A stretch of 64,000 bases of DNA. Source: Dehalococcoidia bacterium (GTDB taxonomy: Bacteria > Chloroflexota > Dehalococcoidia > Plut-88900). The position numbers and the translations under genes were made by a program. How positions within the stretch are numbered: the first letter of the stretch is position 1; each line of letters starts with the position of its first letter. The stretch is taken from positions 2,400,001 through 2,464,000 of the forward strand of contig OZ240219.1 of assembly GCA_965197645.1 (NCBI GenBank), read 5' to 3'. This document shows, one piece after another, positions 57,677 through 64,000 of the stretch. The notes under the pieces were generated by a model. It was not told the origin of the DNA. It was given only the letters and a program-made list of their open reading frames with translations, and did not search any database.

Positions 57677-59371
57677 ATGAGGCGGCTTCAGGATACCCTC
57701 CGCCGTATCGATGGCCGGGGATACAAGGCCTACAAGGACCTGGAGGGTACCTACGCCTTTCCCGGCTTCACCCTCCACGTCGACCACGTTCAGGCCGACC
57801 CCTTCGCCGCACCCAGCCGCTTCCACGTGCGTGTACCCCAGGACGTGGCCCGATTCCCCGAAGCCACCTACTCCAACCGGTCCAGAAGCGTAGCTCTAAG
57901 AGACTATCTGGTCCGCTGCTTCCACCGTGTCCTGTCGCAGGTCTCCGCACGTCGAGGCTCAGGGGCCAGCGGTAGGATGTTCGTTGATCCGCCGGGCCAG
58001 GAGGTGTTGGAGCGCAGCGCCTGCCAGGTAGACGACCGGTTTACCGAAGCCCGTTTCTTCGTCGGTCTGCCTGCCGCCGGTCGCCGGGTCCTGGGCCGCG
58101 AGGCGGAAGGGATGCTGGTTAACGCCCTGCCTCGGGCCATCCAATCGGCGCTCCACTACTCCAATCTCAACGAAGAGCGCCTGTGGGGGCACATTCATAC
58201 GTGCGAGGACGCCGACGCCCTACGCAGCCAGCTCCCGGCCCTTGGCCTCGTAGCCTTTGTCGCTGACGGCGCCATTCTCCCGCGCAGAAGCGGAGTGGAC
58301 CAACGGCCCTTTGAGAGGGCGGTGCCATTCGAGTCGCCCGATTCCCTTCGACTAGAGGTGGGCCTGCCCAACCGGGGGAAGGTGACCGGGATGGGGATCA
58401 GGGAAGGGGTCACGCTGATCGTCGGTGGCGGATTCCACGGCAAATCTACCCTCCTCCACAGCCTCGAGCGAGGGGTATACAACCACCTACCCGGCGATGG
58501 CCGGGAGCTGGCCGTCACCAACCCGACGGCGGTCAAAGTCCGCGCCGAAGACGGCAGGAGCGTGTCCGGAGTGGACATCTCCCCCTTCATCGGTGGCCTT
58601 CCGGGAGGGATGGACACGGGTCGTTTCACCACCGCCAACGCCAGCGGGTCCACGTCCCAGGCCGCCGGCATCAGCGAGGCATTGGAAGCTGGCTCGAAGC
58701 TCCTTCTGGTGGACGAAGATACATCGGCCACCAACTTCATGATCCGGGACCGGCGCATGCAGGCCCTGGTGGAAAAACGCAACGAGCCGATAACCCCCTT
58801 TCTGGACCAGGTGCGAAACCTCCACACGGAGCACGGCGTGTCCTCGGTGCTGGTCATGGGCGGCTCTGGGGACTACTTCGACGTGACGGATACCGTCGTA
58901 TCCATGGTCGAGTACCTTCCCCACGAGGTAACCGAAGAGGCCAGGTCAATCGCCGCCCGGTTCAGTACAGGGCGGCTGCAGGAGTCCGCGGACACCTTCG
59001 GCGCTATACGAAACCGCATCCCGAAGCCCCAGAGCATCGATCCCAGCAAGGGCCGGCGAGACACCTACCTCCGGACCCGGGGCACCAGGTCCCTTCAGAT
59101 AGGGGACGACGAGATCGACCTGTCCCACGTCGAGCAGCTGGTGGACGACGGCCAGGTGAGAGCCATCGGGAACGCCATCGCCTACGCCCTGAGAAGCTAC
59201 ATAGATGGCAATACGTTCCTTGCGGACATCATCCGGCTCGTGGAGCGGGACGTCTATGAAAAGGGACTGGACGTACTGGCCGGCATACCTTATCCGGGGG
59301 ACATGGTCTACTTCAGACCTCAGGAGTTGTCCGCAGCCCTCAACCGGCTGCGGACCCTAAGAGTTGCTTGA
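57677..59371 (+). CDS. ABC-class ATPase domain protein of unknown function (ABC_ATPase family)
   Basis: ATG at 57677 (MRRLQDTLRRIDGRGYKAYKDL); motifs HVQADPFA.PS, GGGFHGKSTLL, NASGSTSQAA, DEDTSATNFMIRD. Confidence 0.85.
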   Translation: MRRLQDTLRRIDGRGYKAYKDLEGTYAFPGFTLHVDHVQADPFAAPSRFHVRVPQDVARFPEATYSNRSRSVALRDYLVRCFHRVLSQVSARRGSGASGRMFVDPPGQEVLERSACQVDDRFTEARFFVGLPAAGRRVLGREAEGMLVNALPRAIQSALHYSNLNEERLWGHIHTCEDADALRSQLPALGLVAFVADGAILPRRSGVDQRPFERAVPFESPDSLRLEVGLPNRGKVTGMGIREGVTLIVGGGFHGKSTLLHSLERGVYNHLPGDGRELAVTNPTAVKVRAEDGRSVSGVDISPFIGGLPGGMDTGRFTTANASGSTSQAAGISEALEAGSKLLLVDEDTSATNFMIRDRRMQALVEKRNEPITPFLDQVRNLHTEHGVSSVLVMGGSGDYFDVTDTVVSMVEYLPHEVTEEARSIAARFSTGRLQESADTFGAIRNRIPKPQSIDPSKGRRDTYLRTRGTRSLQIGDDEIDLSHVEQLVDDGQVRAIGNAIAYALRSYIDGNTFLADIIRLVERDVYEKGLDVLAGIPYPGDMVYFRPQELSAALNRLRTLRVA

Positions 59372-59431
59372 ACGGCCCTCGTCCCTTTGATAGAATTTAC
59401 GAGTTATTGACGCCCAAGGTTAGTCCGGGAA
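59366..59431 (+). promoter_or_regulatory. Promoter/leader block, copy 1
   Basis: TTGAAC (59368-59373), 17 nt, TAGAAT (59391-59396); homologous to 60925-60991. Confidence 0.65.
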
Positions 59432-59482
59432 CGAGTACGGTTGCCCAACCGGCGTTAACCGGATCGGTAGAGGAAAGTCTTT

Positions 59483-60874
59483 GTGAACGTAATCTGGATA
59501 GTCGCCGATACTTTCCGGTGGGACCGGATGGGGGCCTACGGTAACGATTGGATCAATACTCCTGCCCTAGACTCCCTTGCCGCCAAGTCCGTCCGGTTCG
59601 ATCGGCACTACCTCTCTTCCTTTCCCACCGTTCCGGCGCGCGCTGACCATCACACCGGCCAATGGACCATGTCGTTCATGGGGTGGGAACCCCTTCCCGC
59701 CCATTCCATAACCCTTGCCGACCTTCTCTCCCAACGAGGGCACACTACCGTTGCCGTAGTTGACACGCCCTTCTACATCAGGGACGGGATGAACTACGAC
59801 AGGGGGGTTCAGGGCTTCTTCTTCAACCCGAGCCAGGACGCATCGCTAAACCCGGGCCAATACAGGATCGAGTCCCGAGACCTTCGTGCAGCGTGGCGGT
59901 CCGAGGCGGACCACGCGGCGCCTCAGACCCTCACCTGGGCGATGCAGTGGCTCGAACGCCACTACAAGGAGGACTTCTTCCTCTACATCGATACCTGGGA
60001 CCCCCATGAGCCTTGGGACGCTCCCGCCTATTACACCGAGACGTACATGCCCGACTATGACGGCGAGATCGTCGACCCGCTTTACAGCCGGTGGCAGGAC
60101 GTGCCCGGATACACCGAGGCCAAGGTGAAGAAGGCCCACGCAGCCTACTGCGGGGAACTGACGATGGTCGATACCTGGATCGGGTACCTGCTAAGGTGCG
60201 TCTAGAACATGGGACTCATGGACAAGACGGCCATAATCTTCACCACCGACCACGGGTTTCTGTTCGGGGAACACGGAGGGCACTTCGGGAAACTGGTCTA
60301 CATGCAGGATGAGGGGCAGGAGAAATTGGAATCGTTATCGCCGAAAGGGGACGCCGGCTGGGGGCATGATCCCCTCTACGAGGAGATAGTCCACATACCC
60401 CTGCTCATGTACGTGCCCGGGATCAAACCGGGCGTCTACGACAAGCTGACGGTGGCCGTGGACGTGATGCCCACGGTGATGGATATGCTCGATCTACCGA
60501 TTCCCGACCACGTGGAGGGAAGCTCCCTGCTACCCCGCATGCACGATCTGTCGGCGCCGGGTCGCGAGTTCGTGGTCAGCGGTAGGCCCTTTGCCAATCC
60601 GGGCGCCCGGGTCAGGCACGTGGACCACTGGCTGAGATGGGCCAAGGTGCACTCCGTTTCCACCGTCACCGCCGGCGATTGGTCTCTTCTGTACGCCCCG
60701 GAGGCGGGCAAGTCGGAGCTGTACAACCTGGCGACGGACCCGCAGCAGCGGCACAACGTGGTCAACGACAGGGAAGACGTGGCGCGTGATATCCACCAGT
60801 ACCTGCGGAAGTTCATGGCCGATACCAATTTGTCCGACCAACTGAAGGGGCCCAGGCAGGAGTTTCGAGGGTAG
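59483..60874 (+). pseudogene. Sulfatase-like (alkaline phosphatase superfamily) gene split by an in-frame TAG at 60203-60205
   Basis: Motifs IVADT, TPALD, PTVPARAD, WDPHEP, then YLLRCV*NMGLMDKTAIIFTTDHG, LYEE, ELYNLATDP; both ORFs are in the same frame. Confidence 0.8.
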
Positions 60875-60924
60875 GGTGCTGGCAAGAGGACCGGAATTGT
60901 TGGTGCCGTTCCAGCCCGACAGTC

Positions 60925-60991
60925 GCTTGAACGTGCCCCGCCTTCTTCGATAGAATTAACGGGTTATCAATAGCCGAGGTTAGTTGGGGAA
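60925..60991 (+). promoter_or_regulatory. Promoter/leader block, copy 2
   Basis: TTGAAC (60927-60932), 18 nt, TAGAAT (60951-60956), then ACG.GTTAT..AGGTTAGT..GGGAA. Confidence 0.65.
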
Positions 60992-60996
60992 GCAGC

Positions 60997-62133
60997 ATGG
61001 CTGACTACAAGGTGATATCGGCCGATTCTCACGCAAACGAACCCGTCGAACTCTACGACCGCCTGCCCGAGGAGTACCGGAGTCGTGCCCCCCACGAAGT
61101 CGTCAAGGACGGGCACAGGTTTCTGAGGATCGAAGGCTCACAGGACATGCCGCTGGATGCCCCAAATCCCCTGACCGAAGAGGACATGCGCCGGTTCTTT
61201 CGAGATGCCGAGGAGGGGGAAGACCTTATCGCCAGCAACCCCAGCGATAAAGCCGGCGGCATCGACATCCCGGTCCGGCTGGCCGACCTTGAAGAGGACG
61301 GTGTCGGCGCCGAGGTGATCTATCCCCAGGGCATCTTCAAGGCCTTCGCCTCCCCGGACCCGGCCTTCCAGCAAGCACTTACATCCCTCTACAACGACTG
61401 GTACCTCGAAGTATTCGGCGAGCACACGGACAAGTTTGCCGTATCGGCCCTTGTCCCCATGATCGATATATCCTCGGCCGTAGAACAAGCGAAGAGGTTA
61501 TCTGAAATCGGTTGGCGGTCCTTCTCAGTACCCATCAGCATGCCCCAGCTGTCCTACAACTATCCGGAGTACAATCCCTTCTGGGACGTGGCCAATGAAA
61601 CGGGAGCGCCGGTGTCCTTCCACGTCTTCACTACGGGGCCCAGTGGGGACACGGGGCCCGGTGACCACAGAGCGGGGCCGGGAGATGACCTCTCCTCAGA
61701 GATCAACGACATGGCCCACGCTATGAATCCCCTTACCTTGCTGGTCGCCTCGGGGACCCTGGAGCGTTATCCGGGACTTAAATTCGTGCTGGTAGAGGGC
61801 GGCGTCGGCTGGCTGGCCTGGGTACTCCAGACCCTGGACGAGATGCAGGTCAAGCGTCACATGTGGGCCGAACCCAAACTGAGCATGAAGCCCAGCGAGT
61901 ATTTCAAGCGTCAGGGCTACGCCACTTTCGGCGACGACCGCGTAGGACTCATGACCCGGGAGATCATCGGTGTGGACTCTCTCATGTGGGGCAGCGATTA
62001 TCCTCACGACGAGGGTACCTTCCCTCACTCGCAGGACGTAATAGACCGGATCTTTAAGGACATCCCCGCCGACGAGAAGCGAAAGATAGTGCGTGACAAC
62101 GCCGCTAAGCTCTACAAATTCCCCCTGAACTAG
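60997..62133 (+). CDS. Amidohydrolase family protein, paralog 3
   Basis: Motifs ISADSH, VSFH, LVEGGVGW, WGSDYPHDEGTFP. Confidence 0.9.
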   Translation: MADYKVISADSHANEPVELYDRLPEEYRSRAPHEVVKDGHRFLRIEGSQDMPLDAPNPLTEEDMRRFFRDAEEGEDLIASNPSDKAGGIDIPVRLADLEEDGVGAEVIYPQGIFKAFASPDPAFQQALTSLYNDWYLEVFGEHTDKFAVSALVPMIDISSAVEQAKRLSEIGWRSFSVPISMPQLSYNYPEYNPFWDVANETGAPVSFHVFTTGPSGDTGPGDHRAGPGDDLSSEINDMAHAMNPLTLLVASGTLERYPGLKFVLVEGGVGWLAWVLQTLDEMQVKRHMWAEPKLSMKPSEYFKRQGYATFGDDRVGLMTREIIGVDSLMWGSDYPHDEGTFPHSQDVIDRIFKDIPADEKRKIVRDNAAKLYKFPLN

Positions 62134-62160
62134 AGGCGACCACACCATCAGGAGGCGCAT

Positions 62161-63288
62161 ATGCTGGACATTCCAATAATCTCCGCCGACTCCCACTCCA
62201 ATGAGCCCGAGTCCCTGTACGATAGGCTCCCGCCGGAGTACCGCTCTCGCGCTCCCCACGACGCTGTGGTAAACGGCCAACGATGCCTGATCTACGAGGG
62301 TCAACCTCCCGTGCCCATGGAAGCCCCCAACCCGCTCAACGAGGACGACATGAACCGATACTGGCGGGTGGAAGGCGAGGAGCTGGGCAGAGTCCAGCAC
62401 AGGGAAGGCGGCGTGGACGTGGACCTGCGCATGGCCGATCTCGACCGGGACGGCGTGTCCGCCGAGGTTATCTACCCCCAGGCCGTCTTCAAGCTGTTCT
62501 CCTCCCCCGATCCAGGTTACCAGCTGGCCCTGGCCCAGCTCTACAACAACTGGCATAACGAGATATTCGGTGCGCACCCCGACACCTTCGTCGTTTCCGC
62601 CCAGATACCCGTGATAGATATCAATGATGGCATAGCCGAGGCCAAACGGGCCGCCGATATCGGGTACCGGTCCTTGTCTCTCCCCGTCGTCATGCCGACC
62701 CTCCCTTACAACCGGCCCGAGTATGAGCCCTTCTGGGCAGCCGTCCAGGACACGGGCGTACCCCTGGCCTTTCACGTGTTCACAGGAGGACCGAGCGGTC
62801 AAGCTCCACCCAAGGAGCCCTACAAAACGGAGGCCGGAAGCGATTACCTCGGGCAGGTGTTGGGCATGACCCACGCCATGTTTCCCATGGTCCAGCTGAT
62901 CGCCTCGGGGGCATGTGCCAAATACCCGGACCTGAAGTTCGTGCTGGTCGAATCGGGCATCGGGTGGCTGGCCTGGCTGCTCTACCAGATGGACGACAAC
63001 CATCACCGCAGGCACATGTGGGAGGTGCCCAGGCTGGAAATGTTGCCAAGCGAGTACTTCAGGCGCCAGGGCTTCGCCACCTTCGGCGATGACCTGCCCG
63101 GGCTCCTGGCCCGCGATGTTACCGGCGTCGACTGCCTGATGTGGGGCAGCGACTATCCACACGACGAGGGGACATTCCCCCACTCCCGCGAGGTGATTGA
63201 GCGGATATTCAAGGATATCCCGGAGGACGAGACCCGGAAGGTCGTTTGTGAGAACGCCGCCAAGCTTTACAACTTCCCCCTCAACTGA
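62161..63288 (+). CDS. Amidohydrolase family protein, paralog 4 (closest to 31688-32812)
   Basis: Same motifs; shares QMDDNHHRRHMWE.PRLEMLPSEYF with paralog 2. Confidence 0.9.
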   Translation: MLDIPIISADSHSNEPESLYDRLPPEYRSRAPHDAVVNGQRCLIYEGQPPVPMEAPNPLNEDDMNRYWRVEGEELGRVQHREGGVDVDLRMADLDRDGVSAEVIYPQAVFKLFSSPDPGYQLALAQLYNNWHNEIFGAHPDTFVVSAQIPVIDINDGIAEAKRAADIGYRSLSLPVVMPTLPYNRPEYEPFWAAVQDTGVPLAFHVFTGGPSGQAPPKEPYKTEAGSDYLGQVLGMTHAMFPMVQLIASGACAKYPDLKFVLVESGIGWLAWLLYQMDDNHHRRHMWEVPRLEMLPSEYFRRQGFATFGDDLPGLLARDVTGVDCLMWGSDYPHDEGTFPHSREVIERIFKDIPEDETRKVVCENAAKLYNFPLN

Positions 63289-63398
63289 CCTGTGTTGCGC
63301 CGGGCTACCTGGACCATCGGGCGCTAATGTCCCGGCGTCGCGCTCGTCTCCATCAGTCCCACGGCTTCCCTAAGAGGGCTGTCTAGGAAACCCGGGTC

Positions 63399-64000
63399 AT
63401 GGACTGGACAGAGCACTATCAACGAAACCTAGTCTCGGCCGACGAAGCCGTCCAGCTCGTCAGGTCCGGCGATACGGTAGCCGTTGCTGAGTCCTACCCC
63501 GAACCAGAGATCCTGCTCGGCGCCCTGGCAGCTCGTCGGAGGGAGCTGGAGAACGTACGGATCATGGGCATCAACCCCATGCACGATCCGGGCTGGTACC
63601 AGCCGGGGTGGTCCGACTCGTTCAACGTAGTCCTTCAGAACTACCTGGGTGAGGTGGCACGGCCCGCTTACGATGCAGGGCTTATTGACTACTATCCCGC
63701 CATCTACTCCCAGGAGTTCAAGCACTACCACGACCAGCGAGACCCTGGGCAGAAGCTGGACGTCAATATGGCCGTGGTCTCACCTCCCGACGAACACGGT
63801 TTCTGTAGCTTTGGAGAAGGGGTCTGGGACAAGCGTCGAATGGCGCAGACGGCGAACGTGGTCCTGGCACAGATCGATGAGAGTTTCATCAGGACCTACG
63901 GCACCAACTACCTCCACGTCTCCGAGATAGACAGATTTGTCGAGTACCCCACCATGGACCTGACCCGTGAGGAATGCCGGCTCCTGATCGATCAGGTGCA
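63399..64000 (+). CDS. Acetyl-CoA hydrolase/CoA-transferase paralog, 5' part; runs off the window and is absent from the ORF track
   Basis: Manual translation: MDWTEHYQRNLVSADEAVQLVRSGD..HDPGW..SPPDEHGFCSFG..WDKR..RTYGTNYLHVSEIDRFV, colinear with 38112-39590. Confidence 0.88.
   Translation, partial: MDWTEHYQRNLVSADEAVQLVRSGDTVAVAESYPEPEILLGALAARRRELENVRIMGINPMHDPGWYQPGWSDSFNVVLQNYLGEVARPAYDAGLIDYYPAIYSQEFKHYHDQRDPGQKLDVNMAVVSPPDEHGFCSFGEGVWDKRRMAQTANVVLAQIDESFIRTYGTNYLHVSEIDRFVEYPTMDLTREECRLLIDQV

Noticed and set aside
60203-60205. Genome-wide stop-codon reassignment or pyrrolysine
   Set aside because: TAG and TAA end many intact genes in the window at their expected C-termini, and no pyl genes are seen.

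Overview
GC-rich bacterial chromosomal window made up almost entirely of catabolic enzymes and transporters, with much local paralogy. It holds 4 amidohydrolases, 3 luciferase-like (LLM) oxidoreductases, 2 phytoene-dehydrogenase-like flavoproteins, 2 Rieske oxygenase alpha subunits, 2 tandem ureohydrolases, 2 xanthine-dehydrogenase-family Mo subunits plus one 2Fe-2S subunit, 3 tandem homocysteine S-methyltransferase-family genes, 3 MFS transporters, 2 acetyl-CoA hydrolase/CoA-transferases, a fused hydantoinase/oxoprolinase, dinB, oppDF and a MacB/FtsX-type ABC system. This mix suggests Chloroflexota (SAR202-like Dehalococcoidia), which is an inference only. I found no rRNA, tRNA, CRISPR array, transposase or integrase. 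Most notable: (1) intergenic palindromic repeat families with nested modules and compensatory base changes; (2) a repeat-bounded, decaying lipoprotein island with an in-frame TAA in one gene and a hidden FN3-like domain in frame after another TAA; (3) a flavoprotein-Rieske-twin ureohydrolase operon with no Rieske reductase; (4) a Mo-hydroxylase cluster lacking the FAD subunit but interleaved with LLM genes; (5) a methyltransferase triplication with readable junctions and His in place of a Zn-ligand Cys; (6) a sulfatase-like gene with a Thr nucleophile motif and an in-frame TAG. All calls come from motif reading by eye; no database searches were run.
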